From an uncultured Chloroflexia bacterium (GTDB lineage: Bacteria; Chloroflexota; Limnocylindria; QHBO01): a stretch of DNA of 64,000 nt. The stretch spans positions 480,001 through 544,000 of the forward strand of contig CAWHAZ010000005.1 in NCBI GenBank assembly GCA_963827475.1, in the 5' to 3' direction. The notes under the pieces are model-generated. The model was not told where the DNA came from, did no database searches, and saw only the letters and a list, made by a program, of their open reading frames with translations. Both the position numbers and the translations under genes were made by a program. Below, in pieces: positions 55,617 through 64,000 of the stretch (the first letter of the stretch is position 1; each line of letters starts with the position of its first letter).

Positions 55617-56096
55617 GTGAGCCTGCCGCCGTTTCAGCGCCTGGTGGACGACCATGCGACCGAGCTCCATCGGTTCCTGGTTGGCTGCATCGGCGCCGAT
55701 GCGGCGGAGGACTGCCTGCAGGAGACATTCATGGCCGCCCTTCGTGCCTACCCCCGCCTGCGTCACGGTGACAACCTCCGGGCGTGGCTGTACACCATCG
55801 CCCACCGCAAGGCGACCGATACCATCCGGCTCCGGACGCGCCGACCGACGGTGGCCCTCGACGACATGGGTCCCGCGGCCGAGCCCCGGACCGATCCGGC
55901 GGCCGTCCCGGATGACGGGCTGTGGAACGCCGTCCGCGACCTCCCGAGCAAGCAGCGCGAGGCCGTCGTCCATCGGTACGTGCTCGACCTGGACTACCGC
56001 CAGATCGCCGACCGGATGGGCACGTCCGAGGAGGCCGCTCGCCAGAACGTCAGCGCCGGCCTGCGCCGCCTCCGGGTCCAGGTGACGGACCGATGA
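55617..56096 (+). CDS. ECF RNA polymerase sigma factor
   Basis: AEDCLQETF, RAWLYTIAHRK, LPSKQR, YRQIA. Confidence 0.92.
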   Translation: MSLPPFQRLVDDHATELHRFLVGCIGADAAEDCLQETFMAALRAYPRLRHGDNLRAWLYTIAHRKATDTIRLRTRRPTVALDDMGPAAEPRTDPAAVPDDGLWNAVRDLPSKQREAVVHRYVLDLDYRQIADRMGTSEEAARQNVSAGLRRLRVQVTDR

Positions 56097-56109
56097 CGAG
56101 GGCGAACGC

Positions 56110-56718
56110 ATGACCGATCTCGAGCGGCGGCTCTCGAGTCCCGCGACGCCAACGGTGGATCCCGCACGGGTCACGGCCGAGCTGGCCCGGCGCGCCGACG
56201 CCGCCGGGCTGCTGGACGTCGCGTGGGCCACGCTCGACACCCCGCTGGGACCAATCGCCGTGTTCGTGACCCCGCGTGGCGTGGTGCGAGTCGCGTACGA
56301 CCGCGAGAACTTCGGGCAGGTGGCGGACGAGGTCGCCGAGCAGGTCTCCCCGCGAGTCCTGGTCGCGCCGGAGCGCACCGATGTCGTGCGCGAGCAGCTG
56401 GACGACTACTTCGAGGCGCGGCGACGAACCTTCGACCTGCCCATCGACTGGACCCTGGTCCGCGGCTTCAACCAGGGCGTGCTGCAGGCCACGGCCGAGA
56501 TCCCGTTCGGGGAGACGGCCTCCTACGGCGACGTGGCAGCCGCCGCCGGCTCCCCGCGCGCGGCGCGCGCTGCCGGCAACGCCCTGGCCGGCAACCCGAT
56601 CCCCATCGTCGTGCCCTGCCACCGCGTCATCCACGCCGGCGGCGGCATCGGCGGCTATACCGGCGGCCTGGACAACAAGCGTTTCCTCCTCCGGCTCGAA
56701 GGGGTCAGCGTCTCGTAA
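56110..56718 (+). CDS. ogt: Methylated-DNA--protein-cysteine methyltransferase
   Basis: DTPLG, IPFGETASYG, RAAG, PCHRV. Confidence 0.93.
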   Translation: MTDLERRLSSPATPTVDPARVTAELARRADAAGLLDVAWATLDTPLGPIAVFVTPRGVVRVAYDRENFGQVADEVAEQVSPRVLVAPERTDVVREQLDDYFEARRRTFDLPIDWTLVRGFNQGVLQATAEIPFGETASYGDVAAAAGSPRAARAAGNALAGNPIPIVVPCHRVIHAGGGIGGYTGGLDNKRFLLRLEGVSVS

Positions 56719-56739
56719 TCGGTCCATAATCCGGGCCGG

Positions 56740-58275
56740 ATGGCGATCACGAAGAAGCCCGAGACGAAGCCCGCACCCGCGTCGTGGGGCATGGCTGCTC
56801 GGAAGATCCCGTGGGAGTACGCGGCAGCGCCCGAATCCACTGATCACGTCCGAATCGAGCCCGAATACGGGCTGTTCATCGACAACACGTTCAGCGCGGC
56901 AAGGCCGAAGGCCACGTTCGACGTCATCAATCCCGCCACCGAGGAGGTGTTGTCGAGGGTCGCCCGCGCCTCGAAGGCCGACGTGAACCGCGCCGTGACG
57001 GCCGCCCGCCGAGCACACGACACGGTCTGGTCACGCATGCCGGGCAGCGAGCGGGCGAAGTACCTCTACCGCATCGCCCGGATCATGCAGGAGCGCTCCC
57101 GCGAGTTCGCGGTGGTCGAGACCATGAACAGCGGCAAGCCGATCAAGGAGAGCCGCGACGTCGACGTCCCGCTCGCGGCGGCCCACTTCTTCTACTACGC
57201 CGGCTGGGCCGACAAGCTGGAGTACGCCTTCCCGAACCGCCGCCCGACCAGCCTGGGCGTGGCCGCCCAGATCATTCCGTGGAACTTCCCGCTGCTCATG
57301 CTGGCCTGGAAGATCGCGCCGGCTCTGGCCTGTGGCAACACGGTGATCCTCAAGCCAGCATCCACGACCCCGCTTACCGCCTACTTATTCGCCGATGTCG
57401 TCCGCCAGGCGGAGCTGCCGCCCGGTGTCGTGAACATCATCACCGGGCCGGGTGAGATCGGGATGGAGCTCGTCCGCCACCCGCAGGTCGACAAGGTCGC
57501 CTTCACCGGCTCCACCGCCGTCGGCAAGCTCATCGCCCGGGCGGTGGCCGGCTCCCACAAGAAGGTCACCCTCGAGCTGGGCGGCAAGGCGGCCAACGTG
57601 GTCTTCGACGATGCGCCGCTGGACCAGGCGATCGAGGGGATCATCAACGGCATCTACTTCAACCAGGGCGAGGTGTGCTGCGCCGGCTCGCGGCTGTTCG
57701 TCCAGGAATCGGTCTACGAGCCACTGCTGGACAAGCTGAAGGACCGCCTGTCCACCCTCCGCGTGGGCGACCCGCTGGACAAGAACACCGATGTCGGGGC
57801 GATCAACTCCGCCGGCCAGCTGGCCAAGATCCAGGAGCTGGTCGAATCGGGCATCGCCGAGGGCGCCGAGATCTTCCAGCCCGACTGCGAGCTGCCCACC
57901 CGCGGCTTCTTCTTCCGCCCCACCCTGTTCACGGGGGTGTCGCAGTCGCATCGGATCGCGCAGGAGGAGATCTTCGGGCCGGTCCTGTCGGTCCTCACCT
58001 TCCGCACGCCGGAGGAGGCGGTCGAGAAGGCGAACAACACGCCGTATGGCCTGTCGGCCGGGGTGTGGACCGAGAAGGGGAGCCGGATCTTCAAGATGGT
58101 CGGGGCCATGAAGGCCGGGGTCGTGTGGGCGAACACCTTCAACCGGTTCGACCCCACCTCCCCGTTCGGTGGCTACAAGGAGTCCGGTTACGGTCGCGAG
58201 GGCGGGCTCCACGGCCTGGCCGCCTACACCCGGCTGGACGGGGCGGCCTCGACCGATGGTCGTCGCCTGAGCTGA
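56740..58275 (+). CDS. Aldehyde dehydrogenase
   Basis: [38 protein letters not shown]. Confidence 0.95.
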   Translation: MAITKKPETKPAPASWGMAARKIPWEYAAAPESTDHVRIEPEYGLFIDNTFSAARPKATFDVINPATEEVLSRVARASKADVNRAVTAARRAHDTVWSRMPGSERAKYLYRIARIMQERSREFAVVETMNSGKPIKESRDVDVPLAAAHFFYYAGWADKLEYAFPNRRPTSLGVAAQIIPWNFPLLMLAWKIAPALACGNTVILKPASTTPLTAYLFADVVRQAELPPGVVNIITGPGEIGMELVRHPQVDKVAFTGSTAVGKLIARAVAGSHKKVTLELGGKAANVVFDDAPLDQAIEGIINGIYFNQGEVCCAGSRLFVQESVYEPLLDKLKDRLSTLRVGDPLDKNTDVGAINSAGQLAKIQELVESGIAEGAEIFQPDCELPTRGFFFRPTLFTGVSQSHRIAQEEIFGPVLSVLTFRTPEEAVEKANNTPYGLSAGVWTEKGSRIFKMVGAMKAGVVWANTFNRFDPTSPFGGYKESGYGREGGLHGLAAYTRLDGAASTDGRRLS

Positions 58276-59294
58276 TGGCCACCGCCCGCCGCACGAACCC
58301 ACGTCGTCGTCCGGTGGCCGCCAAGCGGCCGGCGGGCCGCGGCGCGGCCCGCGCATCGGTCCTCGATCCGCGTGCGCCGGCGCCGTTGGCGCTGCGCGAC
58401 GGAAAGGGCGAGGCCGCTGATCGGCTGGGGGTCCGGAAGACCTACAAGCTGTTCATCGGCGGCGAGTTCCCACGCACCGAGTCCGGCCGCGCGTACCTGG
58501 TCCACGCCGCGGACGGGGAGCTGCTGGCCAACGCCTGCCGCGGGACACGGAAGGACATCCGCGACGCGGTCCGGGCCGCGCGCAAGATCCAGCCGGAGTG
58601 GGCGGGCAAGTCCGCCGCCAACCGCAGCCAGGTCCTGTACCGCATCGCGGAGCTGATGGAGGGGCGGCGCGACCAGTTCGTGGCCGAGGTCCGCGCCGCC
58701 GAGGGCGTCGGCCTCCAGCGCGCGAGGCGGCTGGTGGACGCCGCCATCGACCGATGGGTGTGGTACGCCGGCTGGGCCGACAAGTTTACGCAGATCCTGG
58801 GCAACGTGAACCCGGTGGCGGGGAACTACTTCAACTTCTCGATCCCCGAGCCGACCGGCGTGGTGGGGACCATCGCGCCAGAGGATTCGTCGTTGCTCGG
58901 GCTCGTGAGCCGGCTGGCGCCGGTCATCGTGTCGGGCAACGCGGCCGTCGTGCTGGCCAGCGAGTCGCGCCCCCTGCCGGCCATCACCCTGTCCGAGGTC
59001 ATCGCCACGTCCGACGTTCCGGGCGGGGTCGTGAACGTCATCACCGGCCTGCGCCGGGAGCTCGTTCCGCACCTGGCGGGCCACATGGACGTCAACGCCC
59101 TGGATGGCTTCGGCCTGTCGCCGGTTGAGGTGCCCGCCATCGAGGAAGCGGCTACCGAGAACGTGAAGCGCTTCTCCCGCCCACCATCCGGCGGTCTTGA
59201 CCGCTACGACTGGCTCTCGGCTGCCGCCCAGTCGCCCTACCTCATCGGCGAGTTCGTCGAGATCAAGACCGTCTGGCATCCCATCGGCGTCTAG
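58275..59294 (+). CDS. Short ALDH-like protein lacking the catalytic domain
   Basis: YKLFIGGEF, YAGWADK, EPTGVVG, PGGVVNVITG, EIKTVWHP; no ELGG or catalytic Cys region. Confidence 0.88.
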   Translation: MATARRTNPRRRPVAAKRPAGRGAARASVLDPRAPAPLALRDGKGEAADRLGVRKTYKLFIGGEFPRTESGRAYLVHAADGELLANACRGTRKDIRDAVRAARKIQPEWAGKSAANRSQVLYRIAELMEGRRDQFVAEVRAAEGVGLQRARRLVDAAIDRWVWYAGWADKFTQILGNVNPVAGNYFNFSIPEPTGVVGTIAPEDSSLLGLVSRLAPVIVSGNAAVVLASESRPLPAITLSEVIATSDVPGGVVNVITGLRRELVPHLAGHMDVNALDGFGLSPVEVPAIEEAATENVKRFSRPPSGGLDRYDWLSAAAQSPYLIGEFVEIKTVWHPIGV

Positions 59295-59398
59295 CCGATG
59301 ACCCCGATAGGCCTCCTGCGCCGCGGCGACCGCGGCGCCCGGACGGCGGCGGTCCCGGCCTGACCGGCCGAGCGACCGACCACAGCCTCGACCGCCGG

Positions 59399-60979
59399 AT
59401 GCGCATCCTCGTCGCGGAGCCCATCGCCGACGAGGGCATCGACGTCCTGCAGGCTCGTCACGACGTCGACGTCCGAACGGGCCTGTCGCCGGACGAGCTG
59501 CGGACGGCGATCGCCGACTACGACGCGCTGCTCGTCCGCAGCCAGGTCAAGGTCGACGCGCCGCTCATCGAGGCCGGGTCGCGGCTCGTCGTCATCGGTC
59601 GTGCGGGTGTCGGCGTCGACAACGTCGACCTCGACGCGGCCACGCGCGCCGGTATCACGGTGGTCAATGCCCCGACCGGCAACACGATCGCGGCCGCCGA
59701 GCACACGCTCGCGCTGCTGCTGGGCCTCGCCCGGCGAGTCGCGGCCGCGGACGCCTCCGTGCGCCGCGGCGAATGGCAGCGGGCGCGGTTCGAGGGCGTC
59801 GAGGTGCGCGGCAAGACGCTCGGCCTCATCGGGCTCGGCAAGATCGGGCTCGCCATCGCGGACCGCGCGCGCGGGCTCGAGATGACCGTCGTGGGCCACG
59901 ACCCGTACGTGACGGCCGAGCAGGCGTCACTCCATGGCGTCGAGCTCGTCGAGCTCGACGTGCTCCTGGCGCGGAGCGACGTCGTCAGCGTCCACGTACC
60001 GCTGACGCACGCGACGAAGGACTTCATCGGTCGCGCGACGATCGCCAAGATGAAACCGGGTGCGTTCGTGCTGAACGTCGCGCGCGGCGGGATCGTCGAC
60101 GAGGCCGCGCTCGCCGACGCGCTGCTCAGCGGCCATGTGGGTGGCGCGGCGATCGACGTCTTCGAAACGGAGCCGCCAAAGGATTCACCGCTGCTGTCCG
60201 CGCCGAATACGATCCTGACGCCGCACCTCGGTGCCTCGACCGCGGAGGCCCAGGTCGCCGTGGCCGTGGAGGTTGCCAGTGGCGTGCTGGACGTGCTCGA
60301 TGGTCGGCCCGCGCGTTCGGCGGTCAACGCGCCGATCCTCAGCGCCGAGGCGGCCGGCGCGATCGCGCCCTTCCTGCCCCTGGCCGAGACGCTCGGCCGG
60401 TTCTTCGCCCAGTTCGCCCGGACGGCGATGAAGACGCTGACGTTCGAAGTCGCCGGTACGCCGGCCGACAACGACCCGGCACCGCTGACCGCGGCGATGC
60501 TGCGCGGGCTCCTCCAGGCGACGACCGAGGAGCGGGTCAACCTCGTCAACGCCGGCCTCCTCGCGAAAGCCCGCGGCATCACGGTCGTCGAGCGCCGAAG
60601 GCCCGAGGCCGGCGCCTACGCCGCGCTCGTGACGGTCTCCGGCGAGGTCGGCGGTCAGCGAGTCACGGTCGGCGGCACGGTGAACGCAGGCGAGGAACGG
60701 CTCGTCCGCCTGAACGACTACCGGCTCGACATGGAGCCCTCGGCGGTCATGCTGATCACGCGCCACAACGACCGGCCGGGCATGATCGGGCGAGTCGGCC
60801 AGATCCTCGGTGACGCCGACGTGAACATCAGCGCGATGCACGTCGCGCGATCAGGGCCTCGCCAGGACGCGCTGATGATCCTCGCGCTCGACGAGGATGT
60901 GCCGGAAGCCGCGCTCGAGTCGATCCGGACGCAAGAAGCGCTCACGGACCTGTGGCTCATCCACCTCGAGGACGGCTGA
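59399..60979 (+). CDS. serA: D-3-phosphoglycerate dehydrogenase (with ASB and ACT domains)
   Basis: RAGVGVDN, GLGKIG, NVARGG, TPHLGAST, HNDRPGMIG. Confidence 0.96.
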   Translation: MRILVAEPIADEGIDVLQARHDVDVRTGLSPDELRTAIADYDALLVRSQVKVDAPLIEAGSRLVVIGRAGVGVDNVDLDAATRAGITVVNAPTGNTIAAAEHTLALLLGLARRVAAADASVRRGEWQRARFEGVEVRGKTLGLIGLGKIGLAIADRARGLEMTVVGHDPYVTAEQASLHGVELVELDVLLARSDVVSVHVPLTHATKDFIGRATIAKMKPGAFVLNVARGGIVDEAALADALLSGHVGGAAIDVFETEPPKDSPLLSAPNTILTPHLGASTAEAQVAVAVEVASGVLDVLDGRPARSAVNAPILSAEAAGAIAPFLPLAETLGRFFAQFARTAMKTLTFEVAGTPADNDPAPLTAAMLRGLLQATTEERVNLVNAGLLAKARGITVVERRRPEAGAYAALVTVSGEVGGQRVTVGGTVNAGEERLVRLNDYRLDMEPSAVMLITRHNDRPGMIGRVGQILGDADVNISAMHVARSGPRQDALMILALDEDVPEAALESIRTQEALTDLWLIHLEDG

Positions 60980-61017
60980 GGGCGCGGCGGGAGACCGTCT
61001 GACCGAGGGCGACCGGA

Positions 61018-62376
61018 TCACAAACCGAGGGCGAAGCGCGCGACCTCGAAGTAGATGATCAGCCCCGTCCCGTCCACGATCGTGGTGATCAGGGGCGCGG
61101 AGACGACGGCCGGATCGATCCGCAGCCGACGGAGGACGAGGGGCAGCGCCGCGGCGACGGTGGCCGCCGAGGCGCAGATGGCGACGACGGTGACCGCGAC
61201 CACGATCCCGACCGTTGGGCCGGCGCCCAGCACGGCGGCCCACACGAACGCGGCGGCGGCCATGACCGCGCCGAGGATGAGCGCCACGCGCAGCTCCTTG
61301 AACACGATCCACGCGATGTCCCGCATCGCCACTTCGTTCAGGGCCATGGCACGCACGATCAGGGTGACCGTCTGCGAACCGATGTTGCCGCCGGTCCCGA
61401 TCAGCAGCGGGATGAAGAAGCTCAACGCCACGACCTCGGCCAGCTCCGCCTGGAAGCTCTGGAGCACCACTCCGGTGTAGGCGGCGGACATCACGGCCAG
61501 GCCCAGCAGCCACGGGGCGCGGCGGCTGACGAGCAGCGGGACGCTGGCCAGGCGGTAGGGGATGTTCAACGGCTGCGATCCACCGAGGCGCTCGATGTCC
61601 TCGGTCGCCTCCGCCTGGAGGACGTCGGCCACGTCGTCCTCGGTGATGATGCCGAGCAGGCGGTCTGCGTCGTCCACGACCGGGATGGCCAGCAGGTTGC
61701 GGTCCGTGAGCAGGCGTGCGGCGGCCTCCTGGTCGGCGCTGACCTGGACGCGCACGGTGTCCGGTGCCATCAGCTCGGTCACCGGGGTCTCCGGCGGGCT
61801 GAGCAGGAGGCGGTACGAGGACAGCACGCCGAGCAGGCGACGGTCGGGATCGAGGACGTAGACGTAGTTCGCGGTCTCGGCCTCGTCGGCGAGCTGGCGG
61901 ATGGCGGCGATCGCCTGGGCCGCGGTGGCGTCCGCGGGGACGGCCACGAAATCGGGGGTCATGAGACCGCCCGCCGTGTCCGGCTCGTAGGCCGCCAGCC
62001 GGCGAATCTCCTCCGCATCCTCCGGGCTCATCCGGATCAGGATCTCGGCGGCGGTCGTGTCGGGCAGCTCTTCGATGACGTCCGCCGCGTCGTCGGGATC
62101 CATCTCCTCGAGCAGCTCGGCTGCCTCGGGCTGGGCGAGGGTCCGGATGATCCGCGCCGCTTCCACCGGGGGCAGCTCCTCGAGGAGACCCACCACCTCC
62201 TCATCCGGCAGCCACTGGAGGAGGACGGCGACTTCCCGTGGCTCGAGCTCGGGGACGAGGTCGGCCCACTCCGGCGGACCGATGCGCTCGGCGAGGCCGC
62301 GGACGCCCTCTTCCTCGCGCTCGCGGATGAGCGCCTGCACCTCGGCGAGCAGCTCGCGGGTCTCGACGGAGCTCAT
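61018..62376 (-). CDS. mgtE: Magnesium transporter MgtE
   Basis: MgtE_N, CBS pair, GTGGNIGSQ, DPAVVSAPLITTIVD; GGAGGTGA RBS. Confidence 0.95.
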   Translation of the reverse strand: MSSVETRELLAEVQALIREREEEGVRGLAERIGPPEWADLVPELEPREVAVLLQWLPDEEVVGLLEELPPVEAARIIRTLAQPEAAELLEEMDPDDAADVIEELPDTTAAEILIRMSPEDAEEIRRLAAYEPDTAGGLMTPDFVAVPADATAAQAIAAIRQLADEAETANYVYVLDPDRRLLGVLSSYRLLLSPPETPVTELMAPDTVRVQVSADQEAAARLLTDRNLLAIPVVDDADRLLGIITEDDVADVLQAEATEDIERLGGSQPLNIPYRLASVPLLVSRRAPWLLGLAVMSAAYTGVVLQSFQAELAEVVALSFFIPLLIGTGGNIGSQTVTLIVRAMALNEVAMRDIAWIVFKELRVALILGAVMAAAAFVWAAVLGAGPTVGIVVAVTVVAICASAATVAAALPLVLRRLRIDPAVVSAPLITTIVDGTGLIIYFEVARFALGL

Positions 62377-62483
62377 CGGATCACCTCCTCTCCGGCGCGG
62401 GCGGCGGACATGGAACGACCACCTCGTCGCGCGAATCGTTCTGGAAGCGCGCCGGGTGGCCGTCGGTCGCCGGGGAGGCGAGG

Positions 62484-62602
62484 GTGGAACGCTAGGCGCT
62501 CACCTCGGCACCGGCCGGCTGCCGGCACGCGGTCTGTCGGGTACTCCAACCAGCGTCCACTGGGTCGATGGGTCCTCGAATAGGGGAACGGCCCCGATTC
62601 TA
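62484..62602 (-). promoter_or_regulatory. mgtE leader: TAGAAT -10, 22-aa leader ORF (62560..62492) and enclosing inverted repeat
   Basis: GAGGA RBS-like site, GTG...TAG in frame; GTGGACGCTGG pairs with CTAGCGTTCCAC. Confidence 0.55.
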
Positions 62603-63250
62603 GTGCGCGGGGCTCCCAGCGGGAAGGGGTCCAGGAGTCCCGCTGACCCGCCGGCGGGCCCGGTGGCGGGCGACCTTGGCCTGGTTGCCGCAGGTCCGCA
62701 TGTCGCACCACCGCCGCCGGCCGGTGGGGGAGCGGTCGATGAACACCTCCCGGCAGCCGCCGTTGGCGCAGATCCGGAGCCGATGGACGGGGCCGCTGGC
62801 CACGAAGTCAGCCAGCGTGCCGGCGATGGTGGCCCGCGCCTGGTCGAGCTTGTCCCCGACCCGCGCCAGCCCGTACTCGGTTCCTTCCGCGTTCATCTCG
62901 AGCTGGTGGTAGTGGAGGCCGTGGCGCAGGATGTGGTTCAGCTCGCGGACGTTGGCTCGGCTCGGCTGACCGTCGGCCACGATCTCCTCCGACATCGCGC
63001 GGAGAAGGTCGCGCAGGTTCCCGAACCGTTCCATCCGCCGCGCGGCCTCGCCGGGGTCGTCGCGGAGCGTCGCCCGCTCGGCGCTCGCCGCACGCTCCGA
63101 GAGGAGCCGTGCCTTGCGCAGCCACGCCACCAGGGCGTCGCTGTCGGAGATGGAATCGGTTGGCTGGTCGTGGGTGAACATCAGCGTGTTCACGAACCGG
63201 ACCCACAGGTCGTCGGATGGGGGCTCCGGCATGAGCTCTCGAGGGGTCAT
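62600..63250 (-). CDS. ABATE/CGNR zinc-finger regulator
   Basis: FVNT N-terminal motif; CANGGC..FIDRS....RRWCDMRTCGNQAKV. Confidence 0.92.
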   Translation of the reverse strand: MTPRELMPEPPSDDLWVRFVNTLMFTHDQPTDSISDSDALVAWLRKARLLSERAASAERATLRDDPGEAARRMERFGNLRDLLRAMSEEIVADGQPSRANVRELNHILRHGLHYHQLEMNAEGTEYGLARVGDKLDQARATIAGTLADFVASGPVHRLRICANGGCREVFIDRSPTGRRRWCDMRTCGNQAKVARHRARRRVSGTPGPLPAGSPAH

Positions 63251-63254
63251 CGCG

Positions 63255-63333
63255 GTAACCATTATAGGTCGTTTGACAAGTTACAGACAACCCCCTACCA
63301 TCCGTAACCGATAAAGGCATTATTAGTAGTTAC
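63255..63333. promoter_or_regulatory. Divergent overlapping promoters with two GTAAC-N20-GTTAC operators
   Basis: + strand TTGACA(63273)-N17-TACCAT(63296); - strand TTGTCT-N18-TATAAT(63266-63261); palindromes at 63255-63284 and 63304-63333. Confidence 0.8.
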
Positions 63334-63387
63334 CGATGCGTGCTGGATCACCAGCCGGGCGTATCGGTCAGAAAAGGAGGAATGGAG

Positions 63388-63549
63388 ATGAGCCGAGGTC
63401 TGACCTACATGGCCTTGATCGCATCCATCCGCCAGCGCGAGCTGCTTGAGGAGGCGCACCGGAATCGGTACCAGACCGAGCTTCCGCGGCGTCGCCGGGG
63501 CCGCATCTTCGGGATGAGCCTGCCGCGAGCGCTGCGTCGAACGCGATAA
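63388..63549 (+). CDS. Small basic peptide (53 aa)
   Basis: AAGGAGG RBS 7 nt upstream, own consensus promoter and terminator; MSRGLTYMALIASIRQRELLEEAHRNR... Confidence 0.72.
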   Translation: MSRGLTYMALIASIRQRELLEEAHRNRYQTELPRRRRGRIFGMSLPRALRRTR

Positions 63550-63568
63550 GACCAACTCACACGGCACA

Positions 63569-63602
63569 GACGCCGGGCCGACGGGCCCGGCGTCGCTGTT
63601 TG
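63569..63602 (+). terminator. Probable intrinsic terminator
   Basis: GACGCCGGGCC-GACG-GGCCCGGCGTC followed by GCTGTTTG. Confidence 0.65.
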
Positions 63603-63627
63603 CGCCGCTCTTTCTAGAATGGCCGCC

Positions 63628-64000
63628 ATGCCTCGACCCCGTCCCGTCAAGCGCAGCGACACCGAGGGCCTGTCCAACGCCGAGCTGGCGGCCACCTTCC
63701 GCGAGATCGCGGACATGCTCGACCTGCTCGACGAGGTGCCGTACAAGGCCGTCGCCTATCGGCGGGTGGCCGATGCCATCGAGCGCTACCCGGCCGACCT
63801 GACCCCGCTGGTCGTCGCCGGACGGACGCCGAAGATCGCGGGCGTGGGACCGGCGATCGGCGCGCGCCTGACCGAGCTGGCCACGACCGGACGGCTGGAG
63901 TACCACGAGCGCCTCCGCGCCCAGGTCCCGCCGGGGCTGAGCGAGGTGCTGCGCATCGGCGGCGTCGGCCCGCGGACCGCCCGCCAGCTCCATGTCGAGC
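63628..64000 (+). CDS. polX: DNA polymerase X family protein, 3'-truncated by the window edge (absent from the ORF track)
   Basis: NAELAATFREIADML...YKAVAYRR, IAGVGPAIG, TGRLEY, IGGVGPRTA HhH motifs. Confidence 0.9.
   Translation, partial: MPRPRPVKRSDTEGLSNAELAATFREIADMLDLLDEVPYKAVAYRRVADAIERYPADLTPLVVAGRTPKIAGVGPAIGARLTELATTGRLEYHERLRAQVPPGLSEVLRIGGVGPRTARQLHVE

Noticed and set aside
59298-59363. 21-aa ORF upstream of serA as an attenuator leader
   Set aside because: No Ser codons, no RBS and no clear terminator/antiterminator

Overview
High-GC bacterial chromosome segment, mostly core genes. Gene content and order suggest a Chloroflexota-like lineage (inference, not tested). From left to right: CIRCE-controlled dnaJ-prmA-rsmE, HIT, a large zinc-ribbon/class III cyclase/ATPase/TPR protein, rpsU-yqeY-pgpH-ybeY, a minus-strand NTase-like/EEP/FAD-oxidoreductase trio, pth-mfd-MFS-GNAT, acnA, a PAS-PAS-GGDEF-EAL gene, apt-GNAT-ahcY, proC plus mannose activation genes, a cobalamin riboswitch with btuFCD, AI-2E, trpS, birA-ECF sigma-putative anti-sigma-acc/fab operon, sodN-sodX, deoC, ECF sigma-ogt, two aldehyde dehydrogenase genes, serA, mgtE, a CGNR zinc-finger regulator and a partial polX. 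No rRNA, tRNA, CRISPR array or mobile element was seen. About 11 single-base indels split genes and are most likely sequencing errors. Main observations: (1) a lysine-free AccB paralogue in the acc operon beside a canonical AccB, resembling plant BADC regulators; (2) a pol-beta-type nucleotidyltransferase paired with an EEP hydrolase; (3) a CGNR regulator divergent from a small basic peptide, with two GTAAC-N20-GTTAC operators; (4) a leader ORF and hairpin upstream of mgtE; (5) widespread leaderless-type promoters.
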